Assembly (NCBI GenBank): GCA_030614005.1
Contig: JAUWKS010000048.1
Coordinates: 1-24,667, forward strand
Source: Candidatus Heimdallarchaeota archaeon
Lineage (GTDB): Archaea > Asgardarchaeota > Heimdallarchaeia > JABLTI01
Length of the DNA stretch: 24,667 nucleotides
Direction: 5' to 3'
Shown: positions 9,476-17,821 of the stretch, piece after piece
How the letters are laid out: every line of letters starts with the position of its first letter
Position numbering within the stretch: position 1 is the stretch's first letter
The notes under the pieces: generated by a model
What the model was told of the DNA's origin: nothing
What the model saw: only the letters and a program-made list of their open reading frames with translations
Databases searched by the model: none
Program-made: the position numbers and the translations under genes

Positions 9476-10336
9476 TCATCCGAAGTCTGAAAGAAGAGCA
9501 ACTGCATTAGGTCCCGTATGAGCAGAAATGGTACATTTTGTTCTTATGATTTTAATTTCTGCTTTTGGCACTTTAGCTAGAACGATCTTCTTCAATTTCT
9601 GTGCATTTGCCTCGTCGTTGGAATGAATAATAGTATACTTTCTTGGAAAACGAGTGTACTTTTCAGTTGTTAATTCAACAAGTTTTACTAATCCGTCATC
9701 AACATTGGATACGGTAGCTGCTGTCTCGTTTGTTCCTGCTTCATTTACTCGAGTAATAACTTTCTTTCGAAGAAGCCTAGCTAGATAATATTTCGTTAAA
9801 CTGATACGTCCTCCCAAATGAAGATATTTCAAAGTCGGAATAAAGATATACGTTTTCAGTAATTTTACTAGCTCATTCAACCTAGTAATTATTTTGTCAA
9901 TTGCCCATCCTTTTTCAATTAAATCGAGTGCTTCTTCTGCTAAGAAGACTTCTGGATAGGATGCATTCAACGAATCAACGAGATGAACCTTCACATTAGG
10001 ATACTGCTTTTCTAAGAATGTTACTGCTAATCGAGCACTATTCAAAGTGCCACTCATTGCAGAGCTTATACAAATAACGATAATTTCCGTTGCACCTTCT
10101 TTAGCTAACTCTTCGTATACTACAAGAAATTCTTTTGGAGAAGGTTGGGAAGTTTTTGGAAGGAAATCTGGATCAGTTTCATAATAACTGTAATGCTTGT
10201 CTAAATCAAAATTCCGATCTTCCTTATAGCTCTTATCATAGTAAGTTACACTTAAAGGAATAACCTTAATCCCATGCTCATCGGCATAATCCCAAGGAAT
10301 ATCAGATGAACTATCAATTATAATTCGAATTGCCAT
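9476..10336 (-). CDS. degV: DegV/FakB family fatty-acid-binding protein
   Basis: Motifs IIIDSSSDIP, PKTSQPSP, ISSAMSGT, YLHLGGRI and ISAHTGP. ATG 10336 is preceded by GTGA. Confidence 0.9.
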   Translation of the reverse strand: MAIRIIIDSSSDIPWDYADEHGIKVIPLSVTYYDKSYKEDRNFDLDKHYSYYETDPDFLPKTSQPSPKEFLVVYEELAKEGATEIIVICISSAMSGTLNSARLAVTFLEKQYPNVKVHLVDSLNASYPEVFLAEEALDLIEKGWAIDKIITRLNELVKLLKTYIFIPTLKYLHLGGRISLTKYYLARLLRKKVITRVNEAGTNETAATVSNVDDGLVKLVELTTEKYTRFPRKYTIIHSNDEANAQKLKKIVLAKVPKAEIKIIRTKCTISAHTGPNAVALLSDFG

Positions 10337-10527
10337 TTTTATCACTAACAACTATCTCTGAAATTAAGCTATTACTCCAATCATCTTATAAATAAATTTG
10401 GTAAAAAAATCAGAAGAAGAAACTAAATACCAAGTTTCTTTCTTTTGGAATCGATATGATTAACAATTCCTTACTCTAAAGTAATTTAATGAGAAACTTC
10501 TATATTGACTTATTTGTTGAATTAGGT

Positions 10528-11364
10528 ATGCAATTAGTAATTCTCGGATCTGGGCAAGATGCAGGGGTTCCGCAAATTGGTTGTTATTGTGATAATTGTG
10601 TAAAGTCTCGAGAGGATAAGACTTTTCGAAGGTTGGGTCCATCCATCGCTTTAATGGATTCAAAGAAAAAATTCTGTTATTTAATTGATGCATCACAAGA
10701 TCTAAAGGATCAGATCGACATGATTAACGAATTATTACAAAAGGACCCATCTGAAAAAAGTTTTCCAATTGATGGTATTTTCCTAACTCATACTCATTAC
10801 GGACATATTGCTGGTCTTTGGTCCCTAGGAAAAGAGTGTATTGATATTAAAAAAATAATTATTCATTGCACACAAAAAATGAAGCAATTTCTAGAAAATT
10901 ATCACCCTTTCAAACATCTAATCGAACAAGAGAATATTACTCCTATACCTTTTGAAATTGGCACAAAGCAACATTACAATGAGTTTTCTATTTCTTCATT
11001 TGAAGTTCCTCACCGAAATGAATATGTTGATACAGTTGGATACATTATTCATGCAACTAAAACTGTAGTCTATTTACCAGACTTAGATTATTGGACAGAA
11101 GAAATACTAGCAATAATCGAACAAGCAGACATTGCCATAGTCGATGCTTCCTTTTATTCAAAAGATGAATTACCACGAATGACCAATGTTCCACATCCAC
11201 CTATGATAGAAACAATGGAACGCTTGAAAGATTCTACAACAGAGATTTACTTTACTCATTTCAACCATACAAATAAAACACTTGATGTAACAAGTAAAGA
11301 AAGAAAGGAAACCCTTGAAAAAGGGTTCAAATTAGCTTATGATGGATTGATTATCGAGGTATGA
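10528..11364 (+). CDS. Metallo-beta-lactamase-fold protein, PqqB-like
   Basis: 'LGSGQDAGVPQIGCYCDNC' (PqqB-type CxCxxC), 'LIDAS', 'FLTHTHYGH', 'VPHRNE', 'YLPDLD', 'DASFY' and 'FTHFNHTN'. Start placed at ATG 10528 by family N-terminus. No other pqq genes are nearby. Confidence 0.8.
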   Translation: MQLVILGSGQDAGVPQIGCYCDNCVKSREDKTFRRLGPSIALMDSKKKFCYLIDASQDLKDQIDMINELLQKDPSEKSFPIDGIFLTHTHYGHIAGLWSLGKECIDIKKIIIHCTQKMKQFLENYHPFKHLIEQENITPIPFEIGTKQHYNEFSISSFEVPHRNEYVDTVGYIIHATKTVVYLPDLDYWTEEILAIIEQADIAIVDASFYSKDELPRMTNVPHPPMIETMERLKDSTTEIYFTHFNHTNKTLDVTSKERKETLEKGFKLAYDGLIIEV

Positions 11365-11418
11365 ATTATTTTGGTGAGAGAATTAAATGAAAAAGAAAAG
11401 AAAATGAGATCTGAATTA

Positions 11419-12291
11419 CTATCTTTTATCTTTCTCGCGCTTATCTCGAAGCATGTCCATATATTCACCTGTGACTTCTGTCATTCCTGCTTCTATAGCC
11501 TGTTCATTGATTTGTCGAACAACTCTATTTATGAATATTCGAGGAACTTTGACCAGCTTTTCACAAGCCTCATCGGTCCAATCGACCATTGGATCACACC
11601 TAGTTACTGCGTATCTAATTGTAGAAACATCAATACCCTTTGATTCAGGGATAGCCAATTTATAAGGTTTAGAGTGTTTTGTAAACCAGAAATTAGCATT
11701 ATTTCTATAGCCATAATCAATAGGCAATTTTGGAAATCCTTTCCCCTCAAATAAAGCTTGTTTCCACTTACTTTTCATAACAATTTTATCTATTAGAAGA
11801 ACCATATGACATTCTGATGTATTGTCATCCACATAAGCTGGTTCATTTGGATCAATTGTGCACTCAAAGATTTGAACAGCTTCTTCAACAATTTCCGGAT
11901 ATTGTTTACCAGCTTCTCTCTCTTCATCTGTTCTTGTTGATGGTAGAAGAGTAAAGATGCTATTTGCCATTTTTTCTTCTGTGGTCTCTCCAGGAAATCC
12001 TAACATCACACAATTTTCCATGTATTTCTTATCATCTTCTATAAAATTAATCGAACATACTCCAGTTCTAAGAATATTTGTAGCTGTGTTGCTAGTAGAA
12101 CGGGCATTTAATTTCATAGCATGTCTTCCTTCACCTGCTATTCTATAAGGAAAGCACAAAGAATATGGACCTAAGTTTGTTTTACCTGATTCAGATACTG
12201 TACCAATTAACACAACTGGCATTGGAAAAAAACTTGATGTTTGATAGAAATTATCCAAGATTTTTAAATTTTCGAATTTTTTATCTGGCAT
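11419..12291 (-). CDS. Flavin-reductase-like (FMN-binding split-barrel) protein with a C-terminal PCP_red-like domain
   Basis: 'FPMPVVLIGT..ESGKTNLGPYS..' and 'S.TA.NILRTG.CSINF' fit the flavin reductase-like fold. The C-terminus 'WTDEACEKLVKVPRIFINRVVRQINEQAIEAGMTEVTGEYM' matches the PCP_red pattern. Start ATG 12291 preferred (alternative TTG 12306). Confidence 0.7.
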   Translation of the reverse strand: MPDKKFENLKILDNFYQTSSFFPMPVVLIGTVSESGKTNLGPYSLCFPYRIAGEGRHAMKLNARSTSNTATNILRTGVCSINFIEDDKKYMENCVMLGFPGETTEEKMANSIFTLLPSTRTDEEREAGKQYPEIVEEAVQIFECTIDPNEPAYVDDNTSECHMVLLIDKIVMKSKWKQALFEGKGFPKLPIDYGYRNNANFWFTKHSKPYKLAIPESKGIDVSTIRYAVTRCDPMVDWTDEACEKLVKVPRIFINRVVRQINEQAIEAGMTEVTGEYMDMLRDKREKDKR

Positions 12292-12414
12292 ATCTCTATA
12301 ATTCAACTTGATTGTTATAAATATTATTGATTATGGATAATAATGTACATAAAATAAAAGGTTATTGAAATAATAAAAAGTGGAAAATATAATTCCATCA
12401 TTAGGACAATTTTA

Positions 12415-12567
12415 TTATCGTCCTGCACCGATGCCGATGATGTGTCCACAGCTGGTGCAATAAGCCATTGCTACTAAATCTCTGGGAAATTTACTATGCT
12501 CATGTGCTAATTGTTTGTATTTAATGTGTCCAGACTTTCCACAACCCGGACAAATAGGTTCTACCAT
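12415..12567 (-). CDS. Small CPxCG-type zinc-finger protein (50 aa; absent from the ORF track)
   Basis: MVEPICPGCGKSGHIKYKQLAHEHSKFPRDLVAMAYCTSCGHIIGIGAGR*. Two Cys knuckles, GGTGA SD at 12575-12579 and tandem TAA TAA stops. An in-frame alternative ATG lies at 12582. Confidence 0.8.
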   Translation of the reverse strand: MVEPICPGCGKSGHIKYKQLAHEHSKFPRDLVAMAYCTSCGHIIGIGAGR

Positions 12568-12766
12568 TTTTTTTTTCACCATTTAACTCATTTGATCTAC
12601 TTTTATCTGAGTCATTTAACTTTTTAGCATTTTCGCTTTGCTAGTTGTGTCAATATTTACTTGAATAAAACTACATATGCGATTTTCCTTTACACATTTG
12701 TACCTAGAATGATTAATAAATAATAATGCCTCTCTTTTGAAGGGTAAAAATTGAGGAAAAATACAA

Positions 12767-13309
12767 ATGAGTGTTAACAGTACAAGTGATATTGAAAAAA
12801 TAGAGAAGATATCTCTATTGAATGGAGCTTATAGGCCATGTCGCAAGTTTCTCTTCATATCAATTTTTGGGATACTATTAGGCTTTTTTTTCATCATTGC
12901 ATTTGTTATCTTAATCGCGGACGCAGATGGATGGGTATTAGTTTTGGTCTTTATTGGTGCGTTCATTCTCATTGCTTCTGTGCAGACGTTGAATAGATTT
13001 GTTTCACCAAATAGAGCTTACAAAAATGTAAAAGAAAAAATGAAAGCCAATGATATCGACGGGCTTCTAAACCAAGCGAAATATTCAGTAAATGCATCTC
13101 TTTTAGATAATGCCATAATGCTGTTTAGTTTATATGGATTAATTGATATGACTCGTACTGAAGTTATACCAATTTTACTAGAGCACCATATATATGCCCA
13201 AAAGGACCCGAAAAAAATGCGTGAGTTCATTCAACCAATGCACATATTATCAAGGAAATTGGGCTATGCAAGTTATCTTGATCTTTTAGCAAGATATGGA
13301 CAGGAATAG
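12767..13309 (+). CDS. Hypothetical membrane protein (2 N-terminal TM helices plus a helical soluble domain)
   Basis: Hydrophobic segments at aa ~28-51 and ~55-72; GAGG SD upstream; no family recognised. Confidence 0.65.
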   Translation: MSVNSTSDIEKIEKISLLNGAYRPCRKFLFISIFGILLGFFFIIAFVILIADADGWVLVLVFIGAFILIASVQTLNRFVSPNRAYKNVKEKMKANDIDGLLNQAKYSVNASLLDNAIMLFSLYGLIDMTRTEVIPILLEHHIYAQKDPKKMREFIQPMHILSRKLGYASYLDLLARYGQE

Positions 13310-13356
13310 CTTTTCTGTTCATTAAATTTATTATCTTGAATGCCATTTCACTTCAT

Positions 13357-14160
13357 ATGGCATCCCAAGGAGTAATTTTTGATATCAAAAAATACGCTAT
13401 TCATGATGGACCGGGCATTCGAACGACCATTTTCTTTAAAGGATGCCCTATGGATTGCTGGTGGTGCCACAACCCTGAAAGTCAGATGAAAGAACCTGAA
13501 CCTTTTAACGATTCGTTGAAAACAAATTCACTATATCTATGTGAAAATGATGGGGAAATTATTGGAAGAAATGTTTCAGTGAAAGAGGTAATGAAGGAAA
13601 TCGAAAAGGATATTATCTTCTACGAGGAATCAAATGGAGGGGTTTCCTTTTCCGGAGGAGAACCTTTGATGCAAAAGGATTTCTTAAATGAGTTATTGAT
13701 TAATTGTAAAAAAAATGGTTTACATACAACTCTAGATACTGCTGGTTGTGTTTCCAAAGAAATAATTCTCGAGATAGCTCCTAATGTTGATTTGTTCCTT
13801 TATGATTTGAAACTCATGGATGATAAAAAACACCAAAAATATACTGGAATATCGAATAAAGAACTATTAGAAAATCTACTGTTACTCTCTGAAATGAAAT
13901 GTAATATTATTGTTAGAATTCCAATTATTCCAACAGTAAATGATAGTAAGGAAGATATTGTTGACTTCGGCAAATTTATTCAAAAACTCAATATTATTCG
14001 CGTAGATCTTCTACCATATCATTCCATTGGTGAGGAGAAATACAAGAAGCTTAAGAAAGTAAACCGAATGAAAGAAATCATTCCTCCATCAAAAGAAAGG
14101 ATAGAGGAAATCATGAAACAACTCGAGAGCTTTGATTTAAATGTTAGTATCGAGGTTTAG
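13357..14160 (+). CDS. Glycyl-radical enzyme activating protein (radical SAM), short form without the ferredoxin insert
   Basis: 'HDGPGIRTTIFFKGCPMDCWWCHNPES' (GRE-AE signature with CxxxCxxC), 'GGVSFSGGEPLMQ', 'HTTLDTAG', 'LFLYDLK' and 'LLPYH'. Lies 2 nt upstream of the GRE. ATG 13357 preferred over TTG 13336. Confidence 0.92.
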   Translation: MASQGVIFDIKKYAIHDGPGIRTTIFFKGCPMDCWWCHNPESQMKEPEPFNDSLKTNSLYLCENDGEIIGRNVSVKEVMKEIEKDIIFYEESNGGVSFSGGEPLMQKDFLNELLINCKKNGLHTTLDTAGCVSKEIILEIAPNVDLFLYDLKLMDDKKHQKYTGISNKELLENLLLLSEMKCNIIVRIPIIPTVNDSKEDIVDFGKFIQKLNIIRVDLLPYHSIGEEKYKKLKKVNRMKEIIPPSKERIEEIMKQLESFDLNVSIEV

Positions 14161-14162
14161 CT

Positions 14163-16526
14163 ATGCTTGAAAGAATCCAACAATTACGCTCGCAATCCAG
14201 AAATGCACCACCAACTCTTTCGATAGAACGTGCTAAACTTATTACTGATTTTTACAAAAGTGGAGAAGTAGAAAAAGTTTCCACTCCTATTGCTCGAGCT
14301 CTGGCTTTCAAATATCTACTCGAGAACAAAGAGATTTGTATCAATGCAAACGAATTAATTGTTGGAGAAAGAGGAGAAAAGCCAAAAGCCACTCCAACGT
14401 ATCCCGAAATTTGTTGTCATTCTATGAAAGATTTAGAGATACTAGACTCGAGGGAGAAAATATCATTCAAAGTCACATCTGAAACACGAAAGATTACTCG
14501 AGACGTAATTATTCCTTTTTGGAATGGACGATCAATACGAGATAGAATTTTTGTTGAAATAGATACCAACTGGATTAATGCTTATGAAGCAGGTATCTTT
14601 ACTGAGTTTATGGAGCAGAGAGCACCAGGGCATACTGTTGCTGATGGAAAAATATTCGCAAAGGGATTCAATGATTTCAAAGATGAAATCAGAGTAAGTA
14701 TTGAAAAATTAGATTTTGTAAATGATTCCGAAGCTCTAGATAAACGAGAGCAATTGAAAGCAATGGAAATCGCTGCAGAGGCGATAATACTCTATGCGAA
14801 AAGGCATGCAGAAAAAGCATTAGAATTAGCAGAAGCAGAAACCGATGCTAAACGAAAGAAAGAACTGAAATTAATAGCAAAAATTTGTTCTAAAATTCCA
14901 GCGGAAGCTCCAACTAATTTCTATGAAGCATTGCAACATTATTGGTTCATCCATCTCGGAGTAATATCTGAATTAAATACATGGGATTCATTTAATCCAG
15001 GTAGATTAGATCAACACCTATATCCATTCTATAAACAAGAAGTAGAAGCAGGAAAGTTGACGGCAGATGAAGCGAAAGAATTGCTTAAAGCGTTTTGGGT
15101 TAAATTCAACAACCAACCTGCACCCCCAAAAGTTGGTGTAACAGCTGAAGAAAGCAACACCTACACTGATTTTTGCACAATTAATTTAGGCGGCTTACTT
15201 GAAAATGGAGAAGATGGTGTAAATGAATTATCCTTTATGATTTTAGATGTAATAGAAGAAATGAGAATTTTACAACCAGGATCAAACGTTCAAATAAGTC
15301 GTAAAACACCAGATGAATTTCTGAAGAGAGCACTGAAAATCATAAGCACTGGTTTTGGACAACCATCTATATTCAACACTGATATTGTAATCCAAGAAAT
15401 GCTACGCGTTGGAAAAACAATAGAAGATGCAAGAAATGGTGGAACCAGCGGTTGTGTAGAAACAGGTGCTTTTGGGAAAGAAAATTACAATCTTACAGGT
15501 TATTTCAATCTAGTAAAAATACTAGAAGTAACCCTACACAATGGGGTTGATCCAAGAACAGGAAAAGAACTAGGATTAAAAACAGGTGACCCGGTGAAAT
15601 TCAAATCATTTGAGGAATTATTCTCTGCTTTTGAACAACAAGTAAATTATTTCATTGATATTAAAATAAAGGGAAATAACATCATCGAACGAATTTGGGC
15701 AAAATACCTTCCTTCACCATTTTTATCAATAATTATAGACGATTGCATTTTATCAGGAAAGGACTACAACGCTGGAGGAGCAAGATACAACTCAAGCTAT
15801 ATCCAAGGTGTTGGACTTGGAAGTATTACTGATAATCTGACATCCTTAAAATACAATATTTTTGATAAGAAAAATCTGTCAATGGATGAATTACTAACAG
15901 CAATGAAGGATAATTTCAAAGGAAAGGAAGAACTGCAAAAAGCATTAATTTGTAAAACACCAAAATTCGGAAATGATGATGATTATCCAGATGCGATAAC
16001 ACAACAAGTTTTTGAAGTCTACTTCAATGCAATTGATGGCAAACCAAACACAAAAGGTGGTCATTATAGAATCAACCTTCTTCCAACAACAGTTCATGTT
16101 TATTTTGGCAGTGTCATTGGAGCAATGCCAGATGGAAGATTTGCTACTGAACCGCTATCTGAAGGAATTTCCCCAGTGCAAGGAACTGATGTTAAAGGTC
16201 CCACTGCAGTATTAAAATCAGCAAGTAAGATTGATCATATTAAAACGGGTGGAACATTGCTAAATCTGAAGTTTACTCCGAGTTTCCTAGAAACAGAAAA
16301 AGGGATAACAAATGTTGCTCATTTGGTGAGAGGATATTTCAAACTCGGAGGACATCACATACAATTTAATGTTGTTTCTTCGGAGATACTTAAAGAAGCA
16401 CAAAAAAATCCTGAAAAGTATCGAAATTTAATTGTTCGTGTTGCAGGGTATAGTGATTATTTCATTAATCTCGGAACAAAATTGCAAAATGAAATAATTC
16501 GAAGAACTGAACATGGAACTTCGTAA
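14163..16526 (+). CDS. hypD: Glycyl-radical enzyme, trans-4-hydroxy-L-proline dehydratase (HypD)-like
   Basis: Cys loop GTSGC431VE and Gly loop RVAG762Y. F149, H157, D275, S331, D336, F337, E433, Y447 and T642 line up with a constant +3 offset to C. difficile HypD F152/H160/D278/S334/D339/F340/C434/E436/Y450/T645/G765 (HypD numbering recalled from the literature, not aligned computationally). It has a single Cys (not the CC of PFL). GAGGT SD upstream. Confidence 0.88.
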   Translation: MLERIQQLRSQSRNAPPTLSIERAKLITDFYKSGEVEKVSTPIARALAFKYLLENKEICINANELIVGERGEKPKATPTYPEICCHSMKDLEILDSREKISFKVTSETRKITRDVIIPFWNGRSIRDRIFVEIDTNWINAYEAGIFTEFMEQRAPGHTVADGKIFAKGFNDFKDEIRVSIEKLDFVNDSEALDKREQLKAMEIAAEAIILYAKRHAEKALELAEAETDAKRKKELKLIAKICSKIPAEAPTNFYEALQHYWFIHLGVISELNTWDSFNPGRLDQHLYPFYKQEVEAGKLTADEAKELLKAFWVKFNNQPAPPKVGVTAEESNTYTDFCTINLGGLLENGEDGVNELSFMILDVIEEMRILQPGSNVQISRKTPDEFLKRALKIISTGFGQPSIFNTDIVIQEMLRVGKTIEDARNGGTSGCVETGAFGKENYNLTGYFNLVKILEVTLHNGVDPRTGKELGLKTGDPVKFKSFEELFSAFEQQVNYFIDIKIKGNNIIERIWAKYLPSPFLSIIIDDCILSGKDYNAGGARYNSSYIQGVGLGSITDNLTSLKYNIFDKKNLSMDELLTAMKDNFKGKEELQKALICKTPKFGNDDDYPDAITQQVFEVYFNAIDGKPNTKGGHYRINLLPTTVHVYFGSVIGAMPDGRFATEPLSEGISPVQGTDVKGPTAVLKSASKIDHIKTGGTLLNLKFTPSFLETEKGITNVAHLVRGYFKLGGHHIQFNVVSSEILKEAQKNPEKYRNLIVRVAGYSDYFINLGTKLQNEIIRRTEHGTS

Positions 16527-16633
16527 TATATATGAGAAAAAAGATAATTTAGAGATAGACAGGAATAATATGGAAAAAATAAAGTCTTCATTTTAGCTAG
16601 TTAGGAAACTAAAATTATTGTGGGAAATAGCTT

Positions 16634-17434
16634 ATGACGAAAAAATCAAACCAACAATTAACAAAGGAAGAAAAATTAGTTGTAAAGGATTTGAAAAAGA
16701 AATATGTTAAATCCCCTAATTTGTATTTTGTCGTTGAAGAGGAAGGACATATTGTTAGAATAGATCTTGATCAAGGAGGGGATAGGGAGCCAGAAGTGGA
16801 TGTAACTAGACTGCCAGAATCTTTCAAGAATCTCAAATGGTTAAAAAAATTAAGAATCCATGACAATGATTTATGTGAACTGCCAGATTGGCTTGGGGAG
16901 TTATCAGCTCTTGAAGATTTATGGTTGAATGATAATCCAATAAAAAATTTACCTGAATCAATAAGCAATCTAACAAAACTTAGAAAATTGAATATATCTC
17001 ATCAACAAAGATCGCTTAAATGGTCTGATCATAGAATAACTCAATTGCCAGAATCTTTTGGCAAACTGAGAGCACTTGAAATACTTGACTTGGTAGATAA
17101 TAGAATATCTAGCTTGCCTGATTCTTTTGGTGAGCTAAAATCACTCAAAGAATTATATATTAACAGTAACGAGCTGTCAGTTCTTCCAGATTCTTTTGGT
17201 GATTTGAGTTCATTGGAGATTCTAGATTTAAATAACAACAAACTTGAAACTCTACCAGATTCTTTTGGTAATTTACAATCATTAAGAGAGTTAAATTTGG
17301 GAATGAATAGTTTAATATCACTTCCTCCCTCTTTTGCAAATTTAACGAACTTGGAAGAACTCGAAACTTATAGTAATCAATTTAATGAAACTGCAGAAGA
17401 ACTCCTTGAACATTTGAATAAAAAGCAAAAATGA
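16634..17434 (+). CDS. Leucine-rich-repeat protein
   Basis: About 8 repeats of 'LP.SFG.L..L..L.L..N.L..' with a 23-aa period, after a short N-terminal cap. Confidence 0.93.
   Translation: MTKKSNQQLTKEEKLVVKDLKKKYVKSPNLYFVVEEEGHIVRIDLDQGGDREPEVDVTRLPESFKNLKWLKKLRIHDNDLCELPDWLGELSALEDLWLNDNPIKNLPESISNLTKLRKLNISHQQRSLKWSDHRITQLPESFGKLRALEILDLVDNRISSLPDSFGELKSLKELYINSNELSVLPDSFGDLSSLEILDLNNNKLETLPDSFGNLQSLRELNLGMNSLISLPPSFANLTNLEELETYSNQFNETAEELLEHLNKKQK
17048..17392 (+). repeat. Degenerate 69-bp tandem coding repeat (LRR units)
   Basis: Pro codons start repeat units at 17048, 17117, 17186, 17255 and 17324 (exact 69-nt period). The first four read CCW-GAW-TCT-TTT-GG; the fifth reads CCT-CCC-TCT-TTT-GC. 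Confidence 0.85.
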
Positions 17435-17489
17435 TAGAAACTACTATTGTTTTAGCTCGTTTCTTTTCCTTCTATAAACTAAAATTTGT

Positions 17490-17666
17490 TTAGTGAAAAT
17501 TATTGATATTACTAATATCAATTATATCAATTCCAGATTGCTCTTCTGTAACAATAGCTGAATTATTTGCAACAGATATTTTTTCAGTCCAATAGCTAAG
17601 TCCTAATTCACTGATTTTAGTTATTTCACTTGGATTAGTAATATTGAGAATTGCTGTGTAATTATT
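17490..17666 (-). pseudogene. Start-less relic of an LVIVD-repeat (beta-propeller) gene
   Basis: Open frame NNYTAILNITNPSEITKISELGLSYWTEKISVANNSAIVTEEQSGIDIIDISNINNFH* resembles about 1.5 LVIVD repeats ('I.NITNP..I..I', 'V....A.V.....GI.IIDISN'). No ATG; in-frame stops lie immediately upstream (17667-17669, 17676-17678). Confidence 0.6.
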
Positions 17667-17821
17667 TTAAAAAACCTAATTCCTATTTTTTAACCGCAGA
17701 TTTTTCCGACGAATATAGTGTTTTGCACGAAAATCTTTTGCCACAAAATATTGCTTTAAATATCAAGAGGGTAGGTTTAACCTTGGAAGAGTTTATTGAA
17801 TTGAAAACTCTGGTGTTTAAG

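Noticed and set aside
11373-11407. GGTGA SD followed by a mini-ORF ATG AAA AAG AAA AGA AAA TGA (MKKKRK)
   Set aside because: The A-run is the reverse complement of the T-rich terminator of the convergent flavin-reductase-like gene, so a 6-codon ORF is most simply a by-product.
14163-16526. Alternative annotation as pyruvate formate-lyase, glycerol/propanediol dehydratase or choline TMA-lyase
   Set aside because: It has a single-Cys SGCVE loop rather than PFL's adjacent CC, and the His/Asp/Ser/Tyr/Thr set matches HypD rather than the residues I recall for CutC or diol dehydratases.
17048-17392. 69-bp periodic repeat considered as a CRISPR-like or other non-coding array
   Set aside because: The repeats are in-frame, degenerate at wobble positions and fully explained by LRR coding. 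There are no unique spacers and no cas genes.
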